A DNA stretch of 33,136 nt from a bacterium (GCA_038127595.1 JAYPIC010000010.1:10196-43331); one strand, 5' to 3'. Counted from the stretch's first letter, positions 11,674-22,167 are shown. Made by a program: numbers and translations. Notes: a model not told the origin generated them from the letters alone.

Positions 11674-13197
11674 TTATGCAGCAAAACTATTTTTAAAGTC
11701 TGAAATCAACTTATCAAGGGATTTACTAGTATCATCACTAAGATCTCCACTTTCTTTTATTGAAGATAATTGATCTGATGCATTGGCTTCTAGATAATCG
11801 AATAAGTTACTTTCAAATTCAGAAACTTTTTCAATTTCTATATCATCAAGGTGACCTTTCGAAGCTGCAAAAATAATTGCTATTTGCCTCTCTACTGTCA
11901 TTGGAACGTATTGATTTTGCTTCAAAATTTCGACCATCCGCTCTCCTCTGGTTAATTGAGCTAGAGTAGCTTTATCCAAGTCAGAACCAAATTTAGCAAA
12001 TGCTTCAAGCTCTCTGTACTGAGCTAAATCGAGCCTCAGAGTTCCAGCAACTTTCTTCATTGCCTTTATCTGAGCATTACCTCCTACACGCGATACCGAT
12101 AATCCAACATCTATAGCAGGTCGTATACCAGAATTAAATAAATTTGTTTCTAAATATATTTGCCCATCAGTGATAGATATAACATTTGTTGGTATGTATG
12201 CAGAAACATCACCTTCTTGAGTCTCAATTATCGGAAGAGCAGTCAGAGATCCACTTCCAAGGTCCTCAGAAAGCTTAGAAGCTCTTTCTAATAATCTGCT
12301 ATGAAGATAAAAAACATCACCCGGGAAAGCCTCTCTACCGGGGGGTCTTCTCAAAACAAGTGACATTTGACGATAAGCAACAGCCTGCTTTGATAAATCA
12401 TCATAAACAATTAGAGCATGTTGACCGTTATCTCTAAAAAACTCTCCCATTGCACAACCAGCATAAGGAGCAATATACTGCATTGGCGCAGGGTCTGAAG
12501 CGTTAGCTGCAACCACCACAGTGTATTCCATCGCACCCTGCTGTTCTAATTCTGATACTAAACTTGCAACGGTTGATGCTTTTTGACCTATAGCTACATA
12601 AACACAGAAAACTGGACTATCTGAATTTTGAGTACTTTTTTGATTAATAATAGCATCGATTGCAACCGCGGTTTTACCAGTCTGCCTATCACCAATAATT
12701 AGCTCTCTTTGCCCCCTGCCTATTGGAACCATACTGTCAATGGCTTTGATTCCAGTCTGAAGCGGTTCATTTACAGGACTTCGGGCCATAACACCTAAAG
12801 CTTTGCGCTCTACCGGAAGAGATTTACTACTATTGATAGGCCCTTTACCATCTAACGGCTGACCAAGAGGGTTTACTACCCTTCCAAGCATTTCTTTGCC
12901 AACAGGTACCTCAACAACTTTGCCAGTTCTTTTAGCAATGTCTCCTTCCTTTACCTTTGTCGTATCACCAAAAAGCACCAAACCAACATTGTCTTGCTCA
13001 AGGTTTAATGCCATGCCAAAAACGTCGTTAGGTAATTCAACAAGTTCAGAACTCATCACATTTTCTAAACCTGATGCACGAGCTACTCCATCTCCAACTT
13101 CAATTATCTCTCCAACTTCAGCAACATCAATGTCATTGTTATATTTTTCTAATTGCTTTTTTAGCAAATCGGTTATTTGATCAGTTTTAATATCCAT
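11674..13197 (-). CDS. atpA: ATP synthase alpha subunit
   Basis: [18 protein letters not shown] and [21 protein letters not shown]. Confidence 0.99.
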   Translation of the reverse strand: MDIKTDQITDLLKKQLEKYNNDIDVAEVGEIIEVGDGVARASGLENVMSSELVELPNDVFGMALNLEQDNVGLVLFGDTTKVKEGDIAKRTGKVVEVPVGKEMLGRVVNPLGQPLDGKGPINSSKSLPVERKALGVMARSPVNEPLQTGIKAIDSMVPIGRGQRELIIGDRQTGKTAVAIDAIINQKSTQNSDSPVFCVYVAIGQKASTVASLVSELEQQGAMEYTVVVAANASDPAPMQYIAPYAGCAMGEFFRDNGQHALIVYDDLSKQAVAYRQMSLVLRRPPGREAFPGDVFYLHSRLLERASKLSEDLGSGSLTALPIIETQEGDVSAYIPTNVISITDGQIYLETNLFNSGIRPAIDVGLSVSRVGGNAQIKAMKKVAGTLRLDLAQYRELEAFAKFGSDLDKATLAQLTRGERMVEILKQNQYVPMTVERQIAIIFAASKGHLDDIEIEKVSEFESNLFDYLEANASDQLSSIKESGDLSDDTSKSLDKLISDFKNSFAA

Positions 13198-13208
13198 AAC
13201 TTCCTATT

Positions 13209-13748
13209 TTATATTTTCATTAAATCTAACTTGATGTTTTTCAACTGACTTTTGATTGATGCATCTAAAAATTTATTCTCAATTCTAAATTTAGCCCCAC
13301 CAATTAATGATTTGTCAACTTCCACTGTTAGATCTGCTTCTTTTTTTAAATTTTGACTCAATTGTTTCTGCATTGCAATAATATCTTCATCACTAATGTC
13401 TGAACTTAATGTAGCATGAACAGATACTATGTTTTTCTCGTGTTTGTATTTTTCGAAAAAGTTTCTTCTAATTTGGCCAATGGTGTCTACAGCCTTGACA
13501 CCACTTACATATGATAAAACGGTTAAAACTACATTGCTAACCTGCGCACCAAAAATTTCACTCAGTATACTAAACTTTTCATCTTGGGAATATCTTTTAG
13601 ATTGCATAAAGCTTTTCAAATCTCGATTAATTTTTAATATTCTATCAAATTCAAGAACCGATTTATTTACTTCATCAAGCAAGTTATTTTCTTTTGAAAT
13701 TTCAAAAAGAGCATCTGATAATTTTTTAGCAGAAATCTTATGCTTCAT
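13209..13748 (-). CDS. atpH: ATP synthase delta subunit
   Basis: Lies between atpF and atpA and has C-terminal VDKSLIGG...DASIKSQL. Start placed at ATG 13748. Confidence 0.92.
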   Translation of the reverse strand: MKHKISAKKLSDALFEISKENNLLDEVNKSVLEFDRILKINRDLKSFMQSKRYSQDEKFSILSEIFGAQVSNVVLTVLSYVSGVKAVDTIGQIRRNFFEKYKHEKNIVSVHATLSSDISDEDIIAMQKQLSQNLKKEADLTVEVDKSLIGGAKFRIENKFLDASIKSQLKNIKLDLMKI

Positions 13749-14313
13749 AATTTTTAACATCAGACAAAGATTCTTTAATTAACGCAATATTGTCTTCTTT
13801 AGAAATGTTCTTCTTGATTATTTTTTCTGCTACATCAATTGAAAGATTTACAACTTCAGATCTTATTTCTTGCATCGCCTTATCTTTCTCAACATTAATC
13901 TGATCCTTAGCTTTTTCAATTTGGCTATCTGCCTCAGTTCTTGCTTTTGAAACAATATCTTCTTTTAAATTTTCAGCAGCAGATTTAGCATCGCTTATGA
14001 TTGATTGTGCTTCAGTTTTTGCTTTTGTTAAGATAACTTCAGACTCTTGATTAATATTTTCCAGCTCTTTCCTAGCTTTTTCAGCAGAAAGTAAAGAATC
14101 CTCAATGCTTTTATTTCTTTCATCAAGCATCGCAAGTAAAGGCTTCCAAGCGAATTTAGCTAGAATAATTGAAAGCAATACAAAAGTTAAAATGGTCCAG
14201 ATAAAAAGACCTGGATCAAGTTTAACTAATGGATTTTGTTGTGACTCAGCTCCATGAGTACCGGTCGACTCATGGAGCGCATTGTCACCTGGAATCATCC
14301 AATATTGGTCCAT
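13738..14313 (-). CDS. atpF: ATP synthase F0 subunit b
   Basis: PGLFIWTILTF...KFAWKPLLAMLDER followed by a long coiled coil. Confidence 0.96.
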   Translation of the reverse strand: MDQYWMIPGDNALHESTGTHGAESQQNPLVKLDPGLFIWTILTFVLLSIILAKFAWKPLLAMLDERNKSIEDSLLSAEKARKELENINQESEVILTKAKTEAQSIISDAKSAAENLKEDIVSKARTEADSQIEKAKDQINVEKDKAMQEIRSEVVNLSIDVAEKIIKKNISKEDNIALIKESLSDVKNYEA

Positions 14314-14316
14314 TTT

Positions 14317-14532
14317 TTATAGAATCAACATTAAGAAGATGAATACTTCAGCAAGAATAGCAACACCTTCCAATAAAAAAAGTGGCAATTGAACTACTCC
14401 ACTAATTTTATCAGCTGCCTCAGGCTGACGAGCGATAGCCTCAGCTGCAGCTGCTGCAAATTTTGATATTCCAAGTGCTGCGCCTATTACAGTTATTCCT
14501 AGTCCAATAGGTACTAATAAAGTTGCATCCAT
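14317..14532 (-). CDS. atpE: ATP synthase F0 subunit c
   Basis: Two TM helices, EAIARQPEA loop, and essential Glu in LLEG. Confidence 0.95.
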   Translation of the reverse strand: MDATLLVPIGLGITVIGAALGISKFAAAAAEAIARQPEAADKISGVVQLPLFLLEGVAILAEVFIFLMLIL

Positions 14533-14556
14533 TATTTGTTTCCTTTTTCTGTTTAG

Positions 14557-15477
14557 TTAATGATGTACGTTAATTGCCATGCCAACAAACACGGCTGTTA
14601 AAAGTGTAAAAACATATGCCTGAACAAGCACTACTATGATTTCTAATCCATAAATTGCAGCTGCCATTGGGACAGATATAAACCCAACACCAATTCCAAT
14701 AGCTGCACTGGAGAACATTTCTCCAATGATCGCCATAAGTGAAAGTAGTGCTAAGATTGCTATATGCCCGCCAGTCATATTTGCAGCAAGTCTCATTGTA
14801 AGCGCGAATGGTTTTACAAATAAGCCCATTACCTCAATGGGAATTAATATTATGTAAACTGGCCATGCTAAACCATGCGGTACTAGATTTTTCCAATGCT
14901 TAATAAACCCGTATTTTTTCACGCCCGCGATTATGATTGAGAAAAATGTCACGGTCGCGAGTCCCGCAGTAACATTAAAATTGCCCGTAGCCGTTACCCC
15001 ACCATGCAGCATATTGTTAATGGTAGAATGAGAATCCGTTTTAAAAATGAAACGGTCAAATAACCCAATAGTGTCAAATATTGGAACCATTCCTATTCCA
15101 TTCGCAAACAGGATGAAGAAAAAAAATGTCAGAAAAATAGGCGTCCATGTCATTACCCAGTTTTGGCCAACATTAGGTCTTGATATTGAGTCCTTTACAA
15201 ATTCAACAATGTATTCAATCAGAGTTACCCATCTTGATTTTACTTTACCATTGCTAGATAGATACTTTCTAAGGGGAAAAATTATGACAAATGATACAAT
15301 TATTGCCACAATCCACAACATCAAGACATGCTTAGTAACTGAAAAGTCAATCCCAAAAAGTTCTGGAATTTTAATTATTGGATGTTCTTTACTCGAATTT
15401 GAAACATGATGAATAATGTTAGGACCAACTTGTTCTAAAACTGATTGTCCAGTATTACTAGTGTTTGCAGCTACCAT
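14557..15477 (-). CDS. atpB: ATP synthase F0 subunit a
   Basis: KPFALTMRLAANMTGGH (essential Arg), VQAYVFTLL, and FCB-type TATGNFNVT. Confidence 0.97.
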   Translation of the reverse strand: MVAANTSNTGQSVLEQVGPNIIHHVSNSSKEHPIIKIPELFGIDFSVTKHVLMLWIVAIIVSFVIIFPLRKYLSSNGKVKSRWVTLIEYIVEFVKDSISRPNVGQNWVMTWTPIFLTFFFFILFANGIGMVPIFDTIGLFDRFIFKTDSHSTINNMLHGGVTATGNFNVTAGLATVTFFSIIIAGVKKYGFIKHWKNLVPHGLAWPVYIILIPIEVMGLFVKPFALTMRLAANMTGGHIAILALLSLMAIIGEMFSSAAIGIGVGFISVPMAAAIYGLEIIVVLVQAYVFTLLTAVFVGMAINVHH

Positions 15478-15583
15478 TTTTAAGAGTAAATCTGTGTTTA
15501 TTTAATTTTATTTAAACTTAATTTTAAAAAAAACAATACAATTGAGCTCGCAAAGATAAGCATAAAATGAGTCTGTTTAAAAT

Positions 15584-15611
15584 AAATTAGCACAATAAAT
15601 TTATCTGTCAA
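15584..15611 (-). promoter_or_regulatory. Putative sigma70 promoter for atpB-atpC
   Basis: Minus strand TTGACA-N16-TAATTT with a TGn extension, in the 176-bp gap before atpB. Confidence 0.4.
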
Positions 15612-15653
15612 TGTTATCTAAAGTAATTAAGTTAAAATCAACCTAAAAATTGG

Positions 15654-15866
15654 CTATCGGCTACCTTTTTTACCCAAAAGGTAGAGCTGAAAAAACCCCC
15701 CAAATAAACCAACGAACAGTAAAATAATAAATAAAACAGGAAAAGTATTAAACTTTTTATCAGCATAATAACCGATAAAAGATAAAGCTATTACATAGAA
15801 AAATAGTGATTGAACTGCAGCCATTATTGGTGCAGCTTTTTTAATTAGTTCCTGAAACGCATTCAT
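15654..15866 (-). CDS. AtpZ/AtpI-family (ATPase gene 1) membrane protein
   Basis: Two TM helices with the IGYYADKKFNTFP...LFVGLFGGF signature, upstream of atpB. Confidence 0.85.
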   Translation of the reverse strand: MNAFQELIKKAAPIMAAVQSLFFYVIALSFIGYYADKKFNTFPVLFIILLFVGLFGGFFQLYLLGKKGSR

Positions 15867-15906
15867 TAAAAACTTAATTTATAATTTTTTTGCGTCTGTA
15901 TTTATG

Positions 15907-16269
15907 TTAGTTGAGCATATTTTCAGATTCAGAATCCAATGTTAAATCACATTGCCCCTCAAATTTAGCTCCATCCTCAATGTGCAACTTCCGATAACTA
16001 ATATCACCTTTTAATTTACTAGTCTTTTTCAAAGTCACTGACCCTTCAGATTGTATATCTCCAATGATTGTTCCACCTAAAACAACATTAGAACATTTAA
16101 TATTACCATTTACAATACCATCTTTAGCTACCCTTATTGAACCTCTAGTACTTATGTCACCAAAGACCTTACCATATATGATGATACTCTGATCGAGTTT
16201 TATAGGCCCGTTTATATTTGCATCAGGACCTATCATAGTATGAACATTTTTGAATTTTGGTGAGCTCAT
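15907..16269 (-). CDS. Bactofilin (polymer-forming cytoskeletal protein, CcmA family)
   Basis: TMIGPDANING...IIYGKVFGDI...GIVNGNI...LKGDISYRKLHIEDGAKFEGQC beta-helix pattern. Confidence 0.92.
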   Translation of the reverse strand: MSSPKFKNVHTMIGPDANINGPIKLDQSIIIYGKVFGDISTRGSIRVAKDGIVNGNIKCSNVVLGGTIIGDIQSEGSVTLKKTSKLKGDISYRKLHIEDGAKFEGQCDLTLDSESENMLN

Positions 16270-17048
16270 CAGTTTTTAAAAGTTAAGTCTTTTTTTAAAT
16301 AATTAGGAAAGTATATCAAAGGATCAATAGAACTATCGTCTCTCCAAATTTCAAAATGCAAATGTGGTCCCGATGATATTCCAGTGTTCCCAACGAATCC
16401 TATGACATCACCTCTTTTCACCATATCTAATCTTGACACTAAGTTATTCTGATTATGACCGTAATGAGTCATATAACCGTCACCATGGTAAATGATTATT
16501 AAATTACCCATTTCGTATGTCCACCCTGAAAATACAACTACTCCTGAAGCAGCTGAATTTATTGGCGTACCTTCTTTTGCTACTATGTCAATTCCGCCAT
16601 GAGCCTCATCAATATTTGAAAACGTGTTTTTCATTCTTTGACTAATGAACCCCTCAACTGGCGGAAAAGAGGGGATATTATCTGATAAAGAAATAATATT
16701 TTTTTCTGGAATAATCATGAGGGCGCTATCAATTATTTTTGGGGTTTCAGTGAAATTTAAATTAGCCCCTAACGTATTTCTTACAAACTCATCCATGTGG
16801 GTTATTTTTTTAAGACTTTTTGTTAGATCAAAAACTTTCATTCTTTCGCTCACTAAAACTTCATATTTTTGATTAAGGTTATTATAGTCAGATATTTGAG
16901 GAACGTATGTAATCAATACTATTAATAGACCAACTAAGACTAAAAAAGGAACTGCAATTAAAATCTTTATAAAAGTTTTACCTAAACTAAAAGATCTTGT
17001 TTCTGAATCATCATCTGGTACTATAAAAAATGTGAATTTTGTACTCAT
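16269..17048 (-). CDS. Membrane-anchored M23-family peptidoglycan endopeptidase
   Basis: N-terminal TM, HGGIDI (HxxxD), YMTHYGHN and SSGPHLHFE (HxH). Confidence 0.93.
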   Translation of the reverse strand: MSTKFTFFIVPDDDSETRSFSLGKTFIKILIAVPFLVLVGLLIVLITYVPQISDYNNLNQKYEVLVSERMKVFDLTKSLKKITHMDEFVRNTLGANLNFTETPKIIDSALMIIPEKNIISLSDNIPSFPPVEGFISQRMKNTFSNIDEAHGGIDIVAKEGTPINSAASGVVVFSGWTYEMGNLIIIYHGDGYMTHYGHNQNNLVSRLDMVKRGDVIGFVGNTGISSGPHLHFEIWRDDSSIDPLIYFPNYLKKDLTFKN

Positions 17049-17054
17049 AGTAAA

Positions 17055-17912
17055 TTATATAGATTGTAATAAATCTAAGATTCTATCAAGGTCATCATCA
17101 GAAAAATAAACTATTTCAATCGATCCGCCTACCTGCGAAGGCTTTAAATTGACTTTGGTCCCGAAAATCTCGATTAATTTATCTTCGATTCCTTTAGTAG
17201 ATCCTTTTTTTACACCCACCTTTCTTATTTTCTTTACTTTGCCCAATGGTCTTACGAGCGCCTCGGCTGCTCTAACACTAAGTGACTCATTAATAATTTT
17301 TTTCCAAAAAACCTGCATAGCAGAAATAGTTTTTTTCTGTAAAATTGCTCTTCCATGTCCAGCAGAAATTTTCCCCTCTCTAATACTTTTTCTAATTTCA
17401 GGAGGCAATTTAAGTAACCGCAGTGCGTTTGAAATTGTGGTCCGTTTTTTGCCAATAATATTAGCTATCTCATCATGTGATAAACCATATTTACTGTTTA
17501 AGATCGCATAACCCTCAGCTTCCTCGATTGCATTTAAATCTTCCCTTTGAATATTTTCAATGAGAGCAACCTGCATCATTTCAGAATTATTCTTTATGTC
17601 TATTATATATGCTGGTATGGATTTAAGTTTAGCCTTTTTCGCAGCTCTCCACCTCCTCTCACCTGCGACAATTTCATAGTCTTTACCACTTTTTCTAAGC
17701 GTAATTGGGGTTATAACTCCCTTATTCTTAATAGATAAACTCAACTCCTCAAGTGATTTTTTATCAAAATCTCTTCGTGGCTGGTCTGGGTTCGGCTTTA
17801 TATTGTTAATTTTTACCTTGTTGACGCCGGACCTGTTGGAGGAATTAGCATTTTTTCTAGAGTCAGGGTTAATAATGGCATTAATACCCTTGCCTAATCT
17901 TTTAGATGACAC
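17055..17912 (-). CDS. parB: Chromosome partitioning protein ParB/Spo0J
   Basis: RLGKGINAI, PNPDQPRRDF, AGERRWRA, ENIQREDLNAIEEA and an HTH. Confidence 0.97.
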   Translation of the reverse strand: MSSKRLGKGINAIINPDSRKNANSSNRSGVNKVKINNIKPNPDQPRRDFDKKSLEELSLSIKNKGVITPITLRKSGKDYEIVAGERRWRAAKKAKLKSIPAYIIDIKNNSEMMQVALIENIQREDLNAIEEAEGYAILNSKYGLSHDEIANIIGKKRTTISNALRLLKLPPEIRKSIREGKISAGHGRAILQKKTISAMQVFWKKIINESLSVRAAEALVRPLGKVKKIRKVGVKKGSTKGIEDKLIEIFGTKVNLKPSQVGGSIEIVYFSDDDLDRILDLLQSI

Positions 17913-18666
17913 GTTGTAAAATCTCCTCAGTTAAACTTAAATAATTTTTGGCACCATTTGAACTAGCATCATATAGTAACGCTGGTTTTCCAAAGCTCGG
18001 TGCTTCACTTAATTTTACATTTCTATAAATTAATGTTTTAAATAATTTATCTTTAAAATAGCTTTTCACCTCTTCTACTACCTGTTTTGATAAATTCAAT
18101 CTACTATCATACATTGTCATGAGAACACCACCAATTATCAGCTTTTTGTTTAAATGCCTTTGTACTAATCTAAATGTATTTAAAAGCTGGCTAAGGCCTT
18201 CAAGGGCATAATATTCGCATTGGATAGGAATGATTATTGCATGAGAAGAAGTTAGAGCATTAATTGTCAAAAGACCTAAAGATGGAGGACAATCCAAAAT
18301 AATAACATCATATTTCCTAACTACTTTTTTCAAAGCAGTTTTCAACTGATATTCACGAGCCATTATATTAACTAATTCAACTTCTGCCCCTACTAAATCA
18401 TTTGTCGATGAAACAACATCCAAACATGGAAAGGTCGTTTTAGATATAGCCTCATTAATATTTTCATTATTTATGAGAACATCATAAATGTTTTTTTCAG
18501 ATTTTTCTGTTAAATCTGAGAGCCCAATAGTTGCATTTGCTTGCGGGTCAAGATCTACTATCAGAGTCTTAATTTCAGACACTGCAAGACTCAAACCGAC
18601 GTTAACAGCTGATGTGGTTTTACCAACACCGCCTTTTTGATTTATAAATGCTAAAACTTTTCCCAT
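17902..18666 (-). CDS. parA: Chromosome partitioning ATPase ParA/Soj
   Basis: NQKGGVGKTT deviant Walker A, DLDPQANAT, DCPPSLG and QCEYYALEG. Confidence 0.97.
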   Translation of the reverse strand: MGKVLAFINQKGGVGKTTSAVNVGLSLAVSEIKTLIVDLDPQANATIGLSDLTEKSEKNIYDVLINNENINEAISKTTFPCLDVVSSTNDLVGAEVELVNIMAREYQLKTALKKVVRKYDVIILDCPPSLGLLTINALTSSHAIIIPIQCEYYALEGLSQLLNTFRLVQRHLNKKLIIGGVLMTMYDSRLNLSKQVVEEVKSYFKDKLFKTLIYRNVKLSEAPSFGKPALLYDASSNGAKNYLSLTEEILQRVI

Positions 18667-18829
18667 GGTTACAAAAAATAGTACTAAAATTAATTCTTAA
18701 TAATTGGCAAAATAAGAAATATAAAAACATAATTAACAATTAAAAATTAATATGTTATGTTGCTACATGAGCTCTTCAAAGTTAAATTTCCGCTCTTTTA
18801 AATGAATTTTTAGTTAAAAAAATAAAAAA

Positions 18830-20722
18830 TTGAAAAATAACTTAACTCCTAGATATTTAGTTATCCTTGTTATTTTAGGCTGGTCATTTTATTCGCTTTG
18901 GCCTTCAATAAAATATCAAAATCTTTCAGATGAAGAAAAAGAATCATTGAGAGAACAAGGGAAGCTTACTCAAATAGAATCGAAAATAATTCGTCAAGGA
19001 TTGGACCTTAAAGGCGGAATGTTCATTGCTCTTGAGGCTGACATACCTAACTTAGTTAAAAACTTAGCCTCTAATCGCAATCAAAAATTTGATGACCTGT
19101 TATCAGAAGTAACTAATGATTTTAAATCAAATGAAGGGTCTAACTTTTTTGATATTTTTAGAAATAAAGTTCAATCTAGCGAAATAAAAATTGTACGATA
19201 TTTCCACGAACATGGATCAAATATTGATGATATAATATCATCACTAGAGGAAGAGACAGAGGACTCAATCAATAGAGTACTTGAAATTTTGCAAAATAGA
19301 ATAGATCAATTTGGTGTTGCTGAACCTACGATACAAAAACAAGGTAAATATCGTATTTTAGTAGAGTTAGCTGGCGTTCAAGATTCTGAAAGGGCTAGAT
19401 CATTACTACAAAGTACTGCGCTTCTGGAATTTTATTTATTAAAAAATAATGCATCAACCACAGAAATCATTACTCAACTTGACAACATTCTGAAGAAAAA
19501 CGTCAGTAATGAAGAATTAGAAAAATTGATATCTGAAACTAGTACAAGTAATGAACAAAACACTGAAGACTTAGCTGATAATAATGTTACAACTGTAGAT
19601 GAGATTTTTGGAGAAACGACCCCTAATGTCTCTGATAACACAGAGACAAAATCTGACCTTACTGTTGATTCCCCTTTTCAATCATTAATAGAATTTGTTC
19701 AAGGGGATATGGTAGTTAAAACAAAAAATGTCTATGCGCTGAAAAAATTATTAGATGACGATGGCGCAAAACTCAAATTAAAATCTTCATCTGGCCAATT
19801 TTTATTAAGTAATAATTCTGAGACGATAGGTACCTCAGGAGAATATTTTAGATTATATTATTTAGAATCCTTGCCTGAGTTAACTGGCGGCGTTGTAGAA
19901 AAAGCAAAAGCAAACCTAGGTAGTCTAGGTGGCGGAAATGCTGGGTTACCAGTTGTTTCTTTAGATATGAATAGCGAGGGAGCAAAGACTTGGTCTAGAG
20001 TGACTGGGGCGAACATTGGCCAGCGTATAGCAATAGTTCTCGATAATAAGGTTCACATGGCACCAAATATAAGAGAGAAAATACCTGGTGGAAGAACTCA
20101 AATTGAAGGATTTGCGGATATCAACGAAGCCAAAGATATAGCAATTATTCTTCGCGCAGGTGCACTACCAGCTCCCGTAGATATAGTTGAAGAAAGAACT
20201 GTGGGCCCAAGTCTTGGTGCAGATTCAATTTCTAGTGGACAAAAATCTATATTAATTGGGCTGGGTATAGTTTTTATTTTTATGCTTATCTATTATAAAG
20301 CATCCGGAGGGATTGCAAATTTCGCATTAATTTGGAATATTATTTTAATTTTAGCTGTTCTTGCATCGTTGGGTGCAACATTGACATTACCTGGTATCGC
20401 AGGGCTAATATTGACAGTTGGAATGTGCATAGACTCAAATGTTATTATCTTTGAGAGAATCCGTGAAGAACTAAGAAAAGGTAAAACTCCAAAATCTGCC
20501 ATAGAGGCTGGTTATAATAGAGCTATTACAACAATTATTGATGCTAATTTGACCACTGTAATAGCATCGCTTGTCTTATATCAATTTGGTACTGGCCCAA
20601 TAAAAGGATTTGCCACTGTGCTATTTTGGGGAATATTAATTAGTATGTTCACTGCAGTGTATGTTACTAGAACTATTTTCTACACAATTACAAAAAAATC
20701 AATAAAAACTATAAGTATATAA
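18830..20722 (+). CDS. secD: Protein translocase subunit SecD
   Basis: GLDLKGG, RIDQFGVAEPTIQ, LRAGALPAP, VGPSLGADS, TLTLPGIAG and DSNVIIFERIREE. TTG start. Confidence 0.98.
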   Translation: MKNNLTPRYLVILVILGWSFYSLWPSIKYQNLSDEEKESLREQGKLTQIESKIIRQGLDLKGGMFIALEADIPNLVKNLASNRNQKFDDLLSEVTNDFKSNEGSNFFDIFRNKVQSSEIKIVRYFHEHGSNIDDIISSLEEETEDSINRVLEILQNRIDQFGVAEPTIQKQGKYRILVELAGVQDSERARSLLQSTALLEFYLLKNNASTTEIITQLDNILKKNVSNEELEKLISETSTSNEQNTEDLADNNVTTVDEIFGETTPNVSDNTETKSDLTVDSPFQSLIEFVQGDMVVKTKNVYALKKLLDDDGAKLKLKSSSGQFLLSNNSETIGTSGEYFRLYYLESLPELTGGVVEKAKANLGSLGGGNAGLPVVSLDMNSEGAKTWSRVTGANIGQRIAIVLDNKVHMAPNIREKIPGGRTQIEGFADINEAKDIAIILRAGALPAPVDIVEERTVGPSLGADSISSGQKSILIGLGIVFIFMLIYYKASGGIANFALIWNIILILAVLASLGATLTLPGIAGLILTVGMCIDSNVIIFERIREELRKGKTPKSAIEAGYNRAITTIIDANLTTVIASLVLYQFGTGPIKGFATVLFWGILISMFTAVYVTRTIFYTITKKSIKTISI

Positions 20723-21646
20723 ATGCAGATTATTAAAAACTCAAACATTGATTTTATAAACAACTCCAAGTTTACAATATTATTGTCCAGTGCATTAATC
20801 CTTGCAAGTATTTTTTCACTAGTAATAAATAAAGGTCCAGAATTAAGCATCGATTTCAAAGGTGGTACCTTAATAGCTGTTAATTATACGAAGCCAGTAA
20901 ATATCAACGATTTAAGGTCTAAGTTAAAAACTGTAAACATAGATGGTGAAAATTTTGATTTTAGCTCTGCAGAAATAAAACACTTTGGTAATGAATCAAG
21001 CGTTGCTCTTAGAATAGCAAATATTGAAAATGAGCCTGAAAACTTTTCAGGGAAATTAATAGAAGTCTTAAAAAACTCTTTTCCTGATGGATATCCTAAA
21101 AATAAAAATGATTTCATTCTATCTATCGGTAAAGTGAGCCCAAAAGTAGGTTCTGAACTTAGTGGTAAGGCAATAATGGCAATTATTTATGCCATAACTT
21201 TAATCCTAATTTATATATCACTAAGATTCGAATTTGTTTTTGCTATTGGTGCAATAGCAGCTATTGCTCATGATGTTACAATTACCTTAGGAATATTTTC
21301 TATACTTGGATATGAAATTTCTCTTCCAGTTGTTGCAGCTTTTTTAACAATTGTGGGGTACTCATTAAATGATACCATTGTTATTTTTGATAGGATTAGA
21401 GAAAATTTAAAAACTATTAAAAAAGGTTCCATTGTTGATACGGTAAACAAAAGCATAAATGAATCACTTAGTCGTACCATTGTTACATCACTAACCACAT
21501 TTTTTGTTGTATTAATACTTTTTTTCTTCGGCGGAGAAGTCATACGATATTTCTCATTTGCTTTAATCATTGGAGTGCTTGTCGGTACATACTCCAGTAT
21601 ATTTGTTGCAAGCTTAGTTGTTGTTTATATGCAGCCGAAAACTTGA
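20723..21646 (+). CDS. secF: Protein translocase subunit SecF
   Basis: SIDFKGGT, AHDV, GYSLNDTIVIFDRIRE and GTYSSIFVA. Confidence 0.98.
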   Translation: MQIIKNSNIDFINNSKFTILLSSALILASIFSLVINKGPELSIDFKGGTLIAVNYTKPVNINDLRSKLKTVNIDGENFDFSSAEIKHFGNESSVALRIANIENEPENFSGKLIEVLKNSFPDGYPKNKNDFILSIGKVSPKVGSELSGKAIMAIIYAITLILIYISLRFEFVFAIGAIAAIAHDVTITLGIFSILGYEISLPVVAAFLTIVGYSLNDTIVIFDRIRENLKTIKKGSIVDTVNKSINESLSRTIVTSLTTFFVVLILFFFGGEVIRYFSFALIIGVLVGTYSSIFVASLVVVYMQPKT

Positions 21647-22167
21647 TTTTTAAAATTAATTCTATAGAAAAAATTAAAAATTTAGAGTTTTCAATAGTCC
21701 ATAGCCAATTTGGTGATTTTGGTATTTTTATAAGGCATAAATCTTTGATCAATGTTATACTTCCAAATACTATTAAATCTATCAAGGCTATCCCCTCAGA
21801 GGATAAATCTACCTTTATGATAAAAGTTAGGTCTCAACTGACCCAATACTTTAAGGGCGCAAGGCGATCATTTGATTTAAAGCTGGACTTAAATATGTCA
21901 ACCTTTTTTTTAAATACATTAGAGGAAGTGAAAAAAATACCTTACGGCTCTACCATGTCATATAAAGACATTGCAAATAATATAAAATCACCTAAAGGGT
22001 ATAGAGCAGTTGCAAATGCAAATGCTAGAAATCCTATTCCAATAATTATACCTTGCCATAGAGTCATTAAGTCAAATGGAGATTTCGGAGAGTACGGCGG
22101 CGGTAGCATTTTAAAAAAGAAATTATTAGAATTTGAAAAAGATATTTTTTTTAGTAAACCTAACTAA
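21643..22167 (+). CDS. ogt: Methylated-DNA--protein-cysteine methyltransferase
   Basis: IPYGSTMSY, RAVANANARNPIPIIIPCHRV active site, and YGGG..KKKLLEFE. Confidence 0.93.
   Translation: MIFKINSIEKIKNLEFSIVHSQFGDFGIFIRHKSLINVILPNTIKSIKAIPSEDKSTFMIKVRSQLTQYFKGARRSFDLKLDLNMSTFFLNTLEEVKKIPYGSTMSYKDIANNIKSPKGYRAVANANARNPIPIIIPCHRVIKSNGDFGEYGGGSILKKKLLEFEKDIFFSKPN

Noticed and set aside
15550..15557. Bacteroidota-type promoter element TAnnTTTG (TATCTTTG) upstream of atpB
   Set aside because: Single occurrence with no convincing -33 element. Canonical TTGACA promoters occur elsewhere in the window.
15478..18829. parS sites or a DnaA-box cluster (oriC) near parAB
   Set aside because: By eye I found no GTTTCACGTGAAAC-like palindrome or TTATCCACA cluster in the intergenic regions. 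A motif scan would be needed to exclude degenerate sites.
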